Shown one piece after another: positions 28,340-38,304 of a DNA stretch of 39,464 bases. Source of the stretch: Tannerella sp. (GTDB taxonomy: Bacteria; Bacteroidota; Bacteroidia; Bacteroidales; Tannerellaceae); NCBI GenBank assembly GCA_031277235.1, contig JAITMT010000359.1, positions 1 to 39,464 on the forward strand, given 5' to 3'. The position numbers were made by a program, and so were the translations under genes. Numbering within the stretch: the first letter of the stretch is position 1; each line of letters begins with the position of its first letter. The notes beneath the pieces are model-generated. The model saw nothing but the letters and a program-made list of their open reading frames with translations, had not been told where the DNA came from and made no database searches.

Positions 28340-28392
28340 AACCTTGAACTTTAAACCTTAAACTTTGAATCTTGAACCTTAAACCTTGAACT
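28340..28392. repeat. Heptamer tandem array (AAYYTTR x7 plus partial) filling the menC-menE spacer
   Basis: aaccttg aacttta aacctta aactttg aatcttg aacctta aaccttg aact. Confidence 0.92.
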
Positions 28393-29416
28393 ATAAAAAA
28401 TTACACCAAAGTTTTCCGTTTTCGATATGAAGCGGAAATTCAAAATTATTGTGATAAAGCGCGCCCGTTCCCAAACCCTGATGCAGCGGGTTATCGAAGG
28501 TGGCGCACCATTGTGAAATGCAGTTTAATCCGATATTCGATTCGAGCGCGGACGTAATCCACCAGCCTACATGTTCGGATTCGGCAATTTGAATCCATTC
28601 ATTGCCGCCAAAAATACCCCCGTGTAGAGACGGTTTTATGATAATGTACTGTGGATGAATCACTTTCATTAACTCTTTTTTCGTTGAAAAGTCATTAATT
28701 CCAATCAAATCCTCGTCTAAAGCAACAGGTATCGGCGATGTGTCGCATAATTTTGCCATTTCGTCCCAATGCCCTGCTTGTATGGGCTGTTCGATGGAAT
28801 GAATATCAAAATCCGACAATCGTTTTAGTTTATCCAAAGCCTCCGCCGCCGGAAAACTTCCGTTCGCATCTAATCTGATTATTAAGTCTTTATCGGTAAA
28901 ATTTGTCCGGATATACCGTAACAGGCGGAGTTCGTCTTCAAAACCGATGGCGCCGATTTTGATTTTGATACAGTTGAATCCCGTATTGATCTTGTTTTCA
29001 ACTTGTTGAAACATATCTTCGTAGTCGCCCATCCAGATAAGCCCGTTTATATCAATTCCTTTTGCTCCGCACGTAAAAGGAGTATCCCATAGTTTATAAC
29101 TATTTGATTCATAATGAAGTATTGCTGTTTCAAATCCGAAAAGCAAAGAAGAATAATTTCTCCATCTTTCAAAATCTATCTTTCCCGTTTTTTCAAATTC
29201 AGCACAAAATTCAGTTAAAACCTTCTCATATTCAGCGCTGTAGTCGCAACTCAAATCGGGTAACGGCGCACATTCGCCTCTGCCGATATGTTCGGGATTG
29301 TTTTTGTCAAAAATTTCAAGAATCCATATTTTGCGTTCACGATAAGTTCCGCGCGAAGTTCCTGCCGGACGCTTGAATATCAGGGTATAAGGCGTTATTT
29401 TGGTTTTGAACGGCAT
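28391..29416 (-). CDS. menC: O-succinylbenzoate synthase
   Basis: Enolase superfamily motifs IKIKIG, RLDAN, IEQP, ALDE, IIKP; start corrected to ATG 29416. Confidence 0.93.
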   Translation of the reverse strand: MPFKTKITPYTLIFKRPAGTSRGTYRERKIWILEIFDKNNPEHIGRGECAPLPDLSCDYSAEYEKVLTEFCAEFEKTGKIDFERWRNYSSLLFGFETAILHYESNSYKLWDTPFTCGAKGIDINGLIWMGDYEDMFQQVENKINTGFNCIKIKIGAIGFEDELRLLRYIRTNFTDKDLIIRLDANGSFPAAEALDKLKRLSDFDIHSIEQPIQAGHWDEMAKLCDTSPIPVALDEDLIGINDFSTKKELMKVIHPQYIIIKPSLHGGIFGGNEWIQIAESEHVGWWITSALESNIGLNCISQWCATFDNPLHQGLGTGALYHNNFEFPLHIENGKLWCNFL

Positions 29417-29420
29417 CGTA

Positions 29421-30242
29421 TCAGGGAAATTTCGGGAATTTTTTGAAATCGGGTTTGCGTTTTTCGAGAAAAGCGTTTTTACCCTCGTGTGCCTCTTCCG
29501 TGAGGTAATAGAGCAACGTAGCATTGCCTGCAAGTTCCTGAATACCAGCCTGTCCGTCGAGTTCCGCATTCAATCCCATCTTGATCATTCGCAAAGCCAT
29601 CGGGCTGTGTTGCATCATTTCTTTTGCCCATTTAACCGTCTCATCTTCAAGTTGTTCAGGCGGTACAACCGTATTGACGAGTCCCATTTCCAACGCTTCC
29701 CGGGCAGAATACTGGCGACAGAGAAACCAAATCTCGCGCGCTTTTTTCTGTCCGACAATTCGCGCCAGGTAAGAACTGCCGAAACCCGCATCAAAACTGC
29801 CTACCCGCGGTCCTGTCTGTCCGAAAATCGCATTTTCGGAAGCGATGCTTAAATCGCAAACGACGTGCAGAACATGCCCACCGCCGATGGCATAGCCGTT
29901 CACCATGGCAATGACCGGTTTAGGCAATGAGCGGATTTGCCGCTGTACATCAAGGATATTGAGGCGTGGAACACCGTCGGCGCCTATGTAGCCGCCCTTT
30001 CCCTTAACGTTTTGGTCGCCGCCGGAACAGAACGCCTTATCGCCGGCGCCGGTCAGTATAACTACGTAAATATCAGTATTTTCCCGGCATATTCTCAGGG
30101 CGTCGCTCATCTCCATCGTCGTTTCGGGTCGGAAAGCATTGCGATAACGCGGACGATTGATGGTTATTCTGCCGATTCCTTCGCTATAGTCAAACAGAAT
30201 ATCCTGATACTCTTTAATTTGTGTCCAATTTCTTGTTTCCAT
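29421..30242 (-). CDS. menB: 1,4-dihydroxy-2-naphthoyl-CoA synthase
   Basis: [33 protein letters not shown]. Confidence 0.98.
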   Translation of the reverse strand: METRNWTQIKEYQDILFDYSEGIGRITINRPRYRNAFRPETTMEMSDALRICRENTDIYVVILTGAGDKAFCSGGDQNVKGKGGYIGADGVPRLNILDVQRQIRSLPKPVIAMVNGYAIGGGHVLHVVCDLSIASENAIFGQTGPRVGSFDAGFGSSYLARIVGQKKAREIWFLCRQYSAREALEMGLVNTVVPPEQLEDETVKWAKEMMQHSPMALRMIKMGLNAELDGQAGIQELAGNATLLYYLTEEAHEGKNAFLEKRKPDFKKFPKFP

Positions 30243-30249
30243 ACATTTA

Positions 30250-31878
30250 CTATTTTTTAATGTCCGTTATAACTTCCAAACACATAGAGGTTTCTATTCG
30301 TTTGTTCATCAGTACGTCCAAATTCTTGGATAACTGTCTTCTATTTTTTGCCTGTAAATATTTAACGGAAGTCGCTTCAATCCATTTCTGAACATCCGTA
30401 TCATGCTGAACAGTAATAAATTGATGAATATCTCCCATTTTGTCAAGTCCCGTAATCGAACGGAAAATTCCACCGCCTTTGTTGTTGATTAACAGGATTC
30501 TCAGATTTTTTATGTGTTCAATTCTCCAGAGCGCATTCAGACCGTAGAAGAAACTTAAATCGCCAATTATCAGATACACAGGATCTTTACATACAGATGC
30601 AAAACCGATGGCGCCGGCTAACGTACCTTCCAAACCGTTGACTCCCCGATTGCAATATACGGATATGGAGCTGTCTAAATTGAAAAATTGCGCATTTCTG
30701 ACTGTTAAACTGTTGGCTAAAATCAATTTTGAGTTATCGGGTAATCTTTTGATTAACTGACCCGTAACATATAAATCGGAAAATTCGGCGCTGTCATCTC
30801 CGGGCGCCATGATTTGTGTGGATTTATGATACCAATTGTTGCTGTACTTATTTGATTCCTTGGATAATATGCTTTTATTGGCTAACTGGTTGAGAAATTT
30901 TTTTTCACCTGCTTCAATTAAATCTGTTAAAGACATATATAAATCCGCAACTTCTTTATTATTAGATAAATGCCAATGATATTTCGGCTTATTTTCCCGC
31001 AAAAACCGCTTCAGCCGTTTGGAAACAATATGCCCGCCAAGAGTGATTAATAAATCTGGCGACAAATCCTGTTTTTCGTTCTCTTTTGCTTTGTACAAAA
31101 TCCGGTCGAAATTGTGGATAAATTCCTCGGAATGGCTGTTAGCCAAGTGTTCCGACAAAATAATACAGCCCGAAGTTTCGGCTAAAAGTTCCAAAATTTC
31201 CGTTAATTCAGGGTTTTGGGGCATCTGACCGATAACGAGCATTTTCTTCGCTTCCTGATTCCAGATTTTCGAGAACGGCTTTATATCTACGGTTTTAGCC
31301 GGTTTTACGTATGCAATTTTGCGTACTTCCGGCAAATTTTCAACGGTGAAATGAAACAGCGGTTCGGAAATGGGAACATTGATGTGCACAGGTCCTGGAA
31401 CGTCTGAATAGCAAGTAATTAAAGCCTCATTAATCAAACGGTTACAATACCATTCTCCCGACTCGTCGTGCACTTCGGGCAAATGCACGGATTTTTGAAT
31501 ATAACCGGCAAACACATTTTGTTGCGGCATCGTTTGCCCGTCCATCTGTCCTATCCACTCCTGCGGTCTGTCCGCTGAAACAATAATCAGTGGAAGTTGT
31601 TGATAATAAGCCTCTACAACAGCAGGCGCATAGTTTAACAGCGCGCTCCCCGAGGTGCAGCACACAGCTGCAGGTTGCTTGGTACATTGAATGATACCCA
31701 ATGCAAAAAATGCAGCATTACGCTCATCTGCAACTAATTGACAGTTGAAAAAAGGTTCCTGCGTAAAACATTGAATCAAGGGCGCATTGCGAGATCCCGG
31801 CGAAATCACAATATGTTTGACGCCATATTCTTTGAGCAAGGCAACCGTTTGTAATATATTATTCTTATCCGAAAACAT
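30250..31878 (-). CDS. menD: SEPHCHC synthase
   Basis: [48 protein letters not shown]. Confidence 0.97.
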   Translation of the reverse strand: MFSDKNNILQTVALLKEYGVKHIVISPGSRNAPLIQCFTQEPFFNCQLVADERNAAFFALGIIQCTKQPAAVCCTSGSALLNYAPAVVEAYYQQLPLIIVSADRPQEWIGQMDGQTMPQQNVFAGYIQKSVHLPEVHDESGEWYCNRLINEALITCYSDVPGPVHINVPISEPLFHFTVENLPEVRKIAYVKPAKTVDIKPFSKIWNQEAKKMLVIGQMPQNPELTEILELLAETSGCIILSEHLANSHSEEFIHNFDRILYKAKENEKQDLSPDLLITLGGHIVSKRLKRFLRENKPKYHWHLSNNKEVADLYMSLTDLIEAGEKKFLNQLANKSILSKESNKYSNNWYHKSTQIMAPGDDSAEFSDLYVTGQLIKRLPDNSKLILANSLTVRNAQFFNLDSSISVYCNRGVNGLEGTLAGAIGFASVCKDPVYLIIGDLSFFYGLNALWRIEHIKNLRILLINNKGGGIFRSITGLDKMGDIHQFITVQHDTDVQKWIEATSVKYLQAKNRRQLSKNLDVLMNKRIETSMCLEVITDIKK

Positions 31879-31924
31879 TATTTTAGTTATTAATAATTAG
31901 TACTTTACATATTAAATCTCAAAT

Positions 31925-33007
31925 TTAAAATAGCCTGAGCAACATTTGCAATTTATATTCCGTTTCGAGCCATTCTTCGTCGAGAATGGAACCGGCAATC
32001 AAACCACCACCTACATAAAGGTTTAAATAACAGTCTGATACATGCATACATCGGATGTTCACATGCAGATCAACAGCATTTTCCATATTCACCGGTCCGA
32101 TAAATCCTGAATAATAGAGCCTTGGGTGATTTTCGGTCGCTGCGATGAACTCCATCGCCTCGTTTCTTGGAAGACCGCAAACAGCCGGAGTCGGATGTAA
32201 ATCCCTGATTAATAATCCTGCCGTTTTCATGAAATCCAGATGAAACTTGAAATCGGTTTTGTAATGTTCTATGTTTCCAACAGTTACAGTTTGCGAACTT
32301 CCCTTGACAAAATCCGTTGTCGTTTTTTTCAATTGTTCCTCAATGAATTTTACGACAATTTCCTGTTCTTCAATATTTTTCCTGTCCCAATCCGCCGGAG
32401 ATACCGCTGTTTTTCGCGTACCGGCGACGGCTGCCGTTCGCCATTCTCCATTTTTTTCCGAAAGCAAAAGTTCGGGTGTACATCCCATCCAAACTCCTGT
32501 TTCAGAAGTATTTAGTAAATAAGTAAAAGCGTCCGGATAGGTCTCAATGGCTCGCTCAAAAATTTGTCCGATTGAAAATCCCTGTTCTTTTTCCACCGAT
32601 AATATTCTGGATAAAACGAGTTTGTCAAACTGTTTATTCATCAACGTTTTATGAAATATTTCAAAGTTTTTTGCATACGCCTTGAAGTCCTCCTTAAAAA
32701 TAACTTCCCGCTCATGCGAAGAAACCGGCTCCTGTTGTTGTGGCAAACGGTTTTCCAGGAAATCAATAATGGTAGAGAGTCCCTTGATGTAAAAATCCGG
32801 TCGGATTATCACGGTCGGAGTTTGTTCATCTTGAATAAAAGGGCTAATTATAAATCCTTTATAATCAACGACATTTTCAATATTCCGGATACTTTGCACG
32901 GATCGAGTCTCCTGCATTATCATACAAACTTCCCCTTCGCCGGGAAGTTTGTATAATGCAAAAGGTAATTTGCTGTTTATCAGCCTGTCAAAAATTAAAT
33001 AATCCAT
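31925..33007 (-). CDS. menF: Isochorismate synthase
   Basis: KLVLSR, GCTPELL, AVAGT, LHPTPAVCG, YSGFIG, VGGG..EW.ET..K. Confidence 0.92.
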   Translation of the reverse strand: MDYLIFDRLINSKLPFALYKLPGEGEVCMIMQETRSVQSIRNIENVVDYKGFIISPFIQDEQTPTVIIRPDFYIKGLSTIIDFLENRLPQQQEPVSSHEREVIFKEDFKAYAKNFEIFHKTLMNKQFDKLVLSRILSVEKEQGFSIGQIFERAIETYPDAFTYLLNTSETGVWMGCTPELLLSEKNGEWRTAAVAGTRKTAVSPADWDRKNIEEQEIVVKFIEEQLKKTTTDFVKGSSQTVTVGNIEHYKTDFKFHLDFMKTAGLLIRDLHPTPAVCGLPRNEAMEFIAATENHPRLYYSGFIGPVNMENAVDLHVNIRCMHVSDCYLNLYVGGGLIAGSILDEEWLETEYKLQMLLRLF

Positions 33008-33028
33008 TCCACTTTCAAATACTTACAC

Positions 33029-36000
33029 TCATCTTCCGTGGCAATTTTTATATTTTTTACCACTTCCACAAGGACAAGGATCATTCCTACCGACCTGTTT
33101 TTCAACCCTTACCGGCTCCAACGGCGCCCGTTGTTGCGGTCCGAGGGGCGGGCGTTGTCCTTGCGGATATACATCACCGCCGTCTCCGTTTCTCTGTCCG
33201 GATCGCGCAACTTCGTCTTTCTGAGTGCGATAACGACTTAAATCCGTGCGTCTTTCGGGAGCCGCTTCCCTCACCTGCACGTTTTCCCTGACGGGAATTT
33301 GACCTCTCATCAAAATGGAAGCCGTTTTCTTGTTCATATCTTCAACCATCACTTTGAACAGGTTATAGGCTTCCAATTTGTAAATCAACAGCGGATCCTT
33401 GTTTTCGTAACTCGCATTTTGAACGGAATTACGCAAGTCGTCCATTTCGCGCAAATGCTCCTTCCACGCCTCATCAATCGTATGCAAAATGATGGATTTT
33501 TGAAATGCTTTTGTGATTGATTTTGAGCCTGTTTCATATGCTTCTTTCAAGTTGCAGGAGATGTTGTACATCTTTTTCCCGTCCGTAATCGGAATCAGGA
33601 TATTTTCATATTGAGCGCCCTGATTTTCATAAACTTGCTTGATAATGGGATTTGCCACCTGCGCCATTTTTTCGATATTCCGCTTAAAGAGTGCAAGCGC
33701 TTCATTATAAATGGTTTCCGTCAATTTTTCCATTTTCAAGCCCTTGAAATCATCTTTTGACATGGGCAAATCGGTTGCAAGCGCACGATATACATCCATC
33801 TTAAGTGTATCATAATCACCGTCTTCGTGCTGTTCCGCGATACTTCCGCTGACGTCGTACAACGTATTCACAACGTCCAATCCGATCCGCTCGCCCATCA
33901 AGGCATGGCGGCGGCGGGTGTAAACCACATTACGCTGGGAATTCATAACATCGTCATATTCAAGGAGTCGCTTACGAATACCGAAATTATTTTCCTCCAC
34001 TTTTTTCTGGGCGCGTTCCACCGATTTGTTCAACATGCCGGCTTCCAGCACGTCCCCTTCCTTAAAACCCATCCTATCCATCAGACCTGCAATCCTTTCG
34101 GTGGCAAACAGACGCATCAAATCGTCTTCAAGCGAAATGAAAAACACGGACGAACCCGGGTCTCCCTGACGACCGGCGCGACCGCGCAACTGCCTGTCCA
34201 CACGGCGACTTTCATGCCGTTCCGTGCCGATAATGGCGAGACCGCCCGCTTTGCGAACGGCTTCCGAGAGTTTGATGTCGGTACCGCGACCCGCCATGTT
34301 CGTCGCAATCGTAACCATTCCGGACTGACCGGCTTGCGCCACAATGTCGGCTTCTTTCTGGTGCAGTTTGGCATTCAAGACGTTATGCGATATTTTTCGC
34401 ATATTCAACATGCGGCTCAGCAATTCCGAAATCTCGACCGAAGTCGTACCGACCAATACGGGACGACCGGCTTTCACCAGTGAGTTAATCTCCTCAATAA
34501 CAGCATTATACTTTTCGCGCTTTGTCTTGTAAATCCGGTCGTTCATATCTGTACGCGCTATCGGTTTGTTGGTCGGAATGACTACAACGTCCAATTTATA
34601 GATGTTCCAAAACTCGCCTGCTTCCGTTTCTGCCGTACCGGTCATACCCGCGAGTTTGTGATACATGCGGAAATAATTTTGTAACGTGATGGTTGCAAAT
34701 GTCTGAGTAGCAGCCTCTACCTTCACGCGCTCCTTGGCTTCAATCGCTTGATGCAATCCGTCGGAATAACGGCGACCTTCCATGATACGACCGGTCTGTT
34801 CATCAACGATTTTCACCTGTCCGTCAATCACCACGTACTCGTCGTCCCGGTCAAACAGAGAATATGCTTTCAACAATTGATTGACCGTGTGAACCCGCTC
34901 ACTCTTAATCGAATAGTTCGTCAACAATTCGTCTTTTTTCGCCTGTTTTTCCTCTTTCAGCAAATTCATGTTTTCAACCTGCGACAGTTCCGAAGCGATG
35001 TCGGGCAAAACGAAAAACTGCGGGTCGTCACTCTTGCCTGTCAGGAGGTCTATTCCCTTGTCTGTCAGTTCAATCGTGTTGTTTTTTTCGTCAATTACGA
35101 AAAACAGTTCATCCGTAACCACGTGCATTTGACGATTGTTGTCCTGCATGTAAAATTCTTCCGTTTTCAGCATCGCCGACTTCACGCCCTGTTCGCTCAA
35201 ATATTTGATAAGCGCCTTATTCTTAGGCATTCCCTTGTAGGAACGATAGAGGGAAAGCGTGCCTTCTTCCAGCGTTTTCTTGTCGTCGCTTGACATTTTT
35301 TGTCTTGCCTCGGTTAAGAGTTTGGTACACAGGTTTTTCTGTGCATTTACGACGACTTCCACATTCGGACGGTATTCCTCAAACAGTTGGTCGTCGCCTT
35401 TCGGAATGGGTCCCGAAATAATCAGCGGCGTACGCGCATCGTCAATCAAAACCGAGTCCACCTCGTCCACAATCGCGTAATTATGTTTGCGTTGTACCAA
35501 ATCGTGTGGACTAATTGCCATATTATCACGCAGATAATCAAATCCAAATTCATTATTCGTTCCAAAAGTAATATCGGCGTTGTACGCTTTGCGGCGTTCA
35601 TCGGAGTTTGGACGGTGTTTGTCAATGCAATCCACTGATAATCCGTGAAACATGTAAATCGGTCCCATCCATTCGGAGTCGCGTTTCGACAGGTAATCAT
35701 TGACCGTAACGACATGTACTCCGTTGCCTGTCAGTGCATTCAGAAAAACAGGGAGTGTTGCCACGAGCGTTTTTCCTTCTCCCGTCGCCATTTCGGCAAT
35801 TTTGCCCTTGTGCAGCACCACGCCGCCAAACAACTGAACATCGTAGTGCACCATATCCCATTTGATTTCGTTACCGCCTGCTACCCAGCGGTTTTGATAG
35901 ATAGCCTTGTCACCGTCAATGCTGACAAAATCGTGATTGATGGAGAGTTCGCGGTCAAAATCGTTGGCGGTAACCGTAATCGTCTCGTTTTCAGACAGTC

Positions 36001-36358
36001 GTCTTGCCGTATCCTTTACAATGGCGAAAGTTTCGGGGAGCACGTCTTCCAGCACGTCTTCCAACTTGTCTATGATGTTTTTTTCGATTTTGTCTATTTC
36101 CGCCCAAAGAGACTCACGGTCTTCAAGCGGCTTATCTTCAATACCTTCGCGAAGTGCGGCTATCTGCGCCTTTTCTTCGCTGACGTAATCCTGCACTTTT
36201 TGCCGGATAGCGGCGCTTTTTGCCCGTAATTCATCGTTGGAAAGCGTTGTAACAGAAGGATATACGCTTTTTATTTTTTCCACGAAAGGCGTAATTTCCT
36301 TCAAGTCCCGCTGCGATTTGTTGCCGAACAACTTTGTCAATATATCATTTAATCCCAT
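33029..36358 (-). CDS. secA: Preprotein translocase ATPase SecA
   Basis: [71 protein letters not shown]. Confidence 0.99.
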   Translation of the reverse strand: MGLNDILTKLFGNKSQRDLKEITPFVEKIKSVYPSVTTLSNDELRAKSAAIRQKVQDYVSEEKAQIAALREGIEDKPLEDRESLWAEIDKIEKNIIDKLEDVLEDVLPETFAIVKDTARRLSENETITVTANDFDRELSINHDFVSIDGDKAIYQNRWVAGGNEIKWDMVHYDVQLFGGVVLHKGKIAEMATGEGKTLVATLPVFLNALTGNGVHVVTVNDYLSKRDSEWMGPIYMFHGLSVDCIDKHRPNSDERRKAYNADITFGTNNEFGFDYLRDNMAISPHDLVQRKHNYAIVDEVDSVLIDDARTPLIISGPIPKGDDQLFEEYRPNVEVVVNAQKNLCTKLLTEARQKMSSDDKKTLEEGTLSLYRSYKGMPKNKALIKYLSEQGVKSAMLKTEEFYMQDNNRQMHVVTDELFFVIDEKNNTIELTDKGIDLLTGKSDDPQFFVLPDIASELSQVENMNLLKEEKQAKKDELLTNYSIKSERVHTVNQLLKAYSLFDRDDEYVVIDGQVKIVDEQTGRIMEGRRYSDGLHQAIEAKERVKVEAATQTFATITLQNYFRMYHKLAGMTGTAETEAGEFWNIYKLDVVVIPTNKPIARTDMNDRIYKTKREKYNAVIEEINSLVKAGRPVLVGTTSVEISELLSRMLNMRKISHNVLNAKLHQKEADIVAQAGQSGMVTIATNMAGRGTDIKLSEAVRKAGGLAIIGTERHESRRVDRQLRGRAGRQGDPGSSVFFISLEDDLMRLFATERIAGLMDRMGFKEGDVLEAGMLNKSVERAQKKVEENNFGIRKRLLEYDDVMNSQRNVVYTRRRHALMGERIGLDVVNTLYDVSGSIAEQHEDGDYDTLKMDVYRALATDLPMSKDDFKGLKMEKLTETIYNEALALFKRNIEKMAQVANPIIKQVYENQGAQYENILIPITDGKKMYNISCNLKEAYETGSKSITKAFQKSIILHTIDEAWKEHLREMDDLRNSVQNASYENKDPLLIYKLEAYNLFKVMVEDMNKKTASILMRGQIPVRENVQVREAAPERRTDLSRYRTQKDEVARSGQRNGDGGDVYPQGQRPPLGPQQRAPLEPVRVEKQVGRNDPCPCGSGKKYKNCHGR

Positions 36359-36463
36359 ATCTGTTAATTATTTGCTACTTAATTTGTTATAAAAATTTAA
36401 TTTGAAAACGGAAGATTTATCCGTATCTTCCCAATCCCTTTGCGGGCAAAACGGTTAATTCCC

Positions 36464-36649
36464 AATCCCGTCGAGGATTATCTCCCGGCAGAAAATGTTT
36501 TCTCTTTGAGGAAGCATTCCTGACGGAATACCTCTTGTGGGGTTGATAATTTTCCTACCGAGCGCTGCATTCCTACGGAATGCGTCTCGCGGATTGATAG
36601 CCTCACCGAGCGCTGCATTCTTGACGGAATGCTTCCTGTTTTCTACCGC
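36464..36649. repeat. REP-like cluster ((CT)ACCGAGCGCTGCATTCYt(g)acGGAATGC)
   Basis: Units at 36555-36583 and 36605-36632, a partial palindrome at 36514-36531, a ctaccg stub at 36643 and a degenerate inverted copy at 36464-36494. Confidence 0.8.
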
Positions 36650-36705
36650 ACTCTGAGACATCAAACAATTGTAAAAGAACTCAATAGCCCTGCCTTTGCG
36701 GGGTT

Positions 36706-38304
36706 TTAAGGGGTTGCAATGACTTCCGAAAGCGGAAGGTCGCTGCAAGCGTTGGGCGAACGGATGCGCAGAATGCCCGTTATGGTCGGCGCCACCTCCG
36801 TGGCATACACGGAACGCTCTATTTTAGCGGGTTTCAGACCATATCCGAAAAATATCAGCGGCGTCAGAATGGCGTTGTTATTTTTGACATTCATTCTCGT
36901 TCCCGTCGTTTCGTCCTGCACGCCCCAACCGGGTTGCAGTTCGATAATCAAATCGCCGCGACCAATATGATACGTGCCGTAAAGCAAGGAAGCCGAACCT
37001 TCGTTCCATTCTCCGCTGCGAAGCACGCGATCGGTCGTAACTTTCTGAACACCACTAAATTCCGCGATAAAATCCGCCGCTTTGTCCTGTATTTCGTTCA
37101 AATTAACTTTTTCATCTTCAATCGTTTTGCGGTTCAGGTAAATCTGTTTATTGTAATAGCCTTTTACCCAGCTCTTTTGACCGTAAATTGCCATCAGATA
37201 CATGTTCAGCAACGCCGTGCATCGTTTCGGGTGAAAAGTGCCGCCGACCGCATCTTCTCCTTCCGGAAGTATCTCTTTATTAACGTAATAGCCATTACCC
37301 ATGACGGCAATAAACGTATTGGAGAGTCCGATTTTACGGTCTATTACGTCCAGTAATTCTTCAATATTTTTATCCAATTGATAATAAATGTCTTGCACCT
37401 CACGTGTGTAGGATTGCTCCTGTACATCGGCAAAATTTCCGCCATAATAGGTAACAGACAGTATATCAGGCGTTTGACGGGTTCCCAAGTTTCCATGATT
37501 GATAAATTCCAGGGCGAGCCTATTTACTTCCCGATTCACCAGCGCCGACGTTTTGAAACGTGGATAACAGCCGACTTCCTTTTCGTTGAAAGTATAGTGA
37601 TAAGGCTTATTATCAGTAATATACGGTAAGGCGGTATATTTATCCGCCGACAGCATCACGTCCCATGACATCGCCGGAAGTCGCTGAGAAAGAGACTCCT
37701 GGCCAACATTCAATTTATCCACGGAAGGTGGAATCCCTTTGTAATAGGTGGTTGTAGCCCATTTTCCGTTGAGATCGTCAATCCAGAATGCGCCGTTTCC
37801 CGCGTGTCCGGCTGCGATGATGGCGCTTTCAGGCTCGGGAGCGACGGCATACACTTCGCCGGCGCCTTTTGAAGCCCATCGCAATTCATCGGAAATCGTT
37901 GAACAGAGCAGGTTTTTCGGAGAAAAATTCTGGTGGGTATAGTTGCCCAGATAGTGCGAATCGTAGAGGCAGGACGTAAGTTTATCCTTGTCGAAATCAT
38001 AGTTCGTATTGCCCGTAATGCTGTGATAGCAAGGGTTTGAACCGGTGAAAAGCGTGGCAAACGCACTGGCGCGGTCAATGTTTGAAAACTCGAACTGTAT
38101 GTGCCTGTACGTAATCCCCTCGTTCAGCAAACGCTTGAAACCGCGCTCGCCGAAAGTTGATTTGAAATACTCCAAATAATCTCCGCGCAACTGATCTATC
38201 GTGATGATAACCACTAATTTAGGCGCATTTTTTTGCTGTGCGCACAAATTGGCTGCCATCAGAACCGTAATAAGCGAAGTAACAAATTTCCTCATTCTAT
38301 TCAT
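36706..38304 (-). CDS. Alkaline phosphatase superfamily (PafA-like) protein, probably catalytically inactive
   Basis: Signal peptide, PKLVVIITIDQLRGDYL, GFKRLLNEG, AGH..NGAFW. Start at 38304 (ATGA overlap with the upstream gene) or 38295. Confidence 0.88.
   Translation of the reverse strand: MNRMRKFVTSLITVLMAANLCAQQKNAPKLVVIITIDQLRGDYLEYFKSTFGERGFKRLLNEGITYRHIQFEFSNIDRASAFATLFTGSNPCYHSITGNTNYDFDKDKLTSCLYDSHYLGNYTHQNFSPKNLLCSTISDELRWASKGAGEVYAVAPEPESAIIAAGHAGNGAFWIDDLNGKWATTTYYKGIPPSVDKLNVGQESLSQRLPAMSWDVMLSADKYTALPYITDNKPYHYTFNEKEVGCYPRFKTSALVNREVNRLALEFINHGNLGTRQTPDILSVTYYGGNFADVQEQSYTREVQDIYYQLDKNIEELLDVIDRKIGLSNTFIAVMGNGYYVNKEILPEGEDAVGGTFHPKRCTALLNMYLMAIYGQKSWVKGYYNKQIYLNRKTIEDEKVNLNEIQDKAADFIAEFSGVQKVTTDRVLRSGEWNEGSASLLYGTYHIGRGDLIIELQPGWGVQDETTGTRMNVKNNNAILTPLIFFGYGLKPAKIERSVYATEVAPTITGILRIRSPNACSDLPLSEVIATP

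Noticed and set aside
29417-29569. N-terminal extension of MenC
   Set aside because: It overlaps menB; ATG 29416 sits 4 nt after the menB stop.
36455-36748. 97-aa ORF between secA and the AP-like gene
   Set aside because: It translates the REP-like repeats (NAALG twice) and overlaps the upstream gene.
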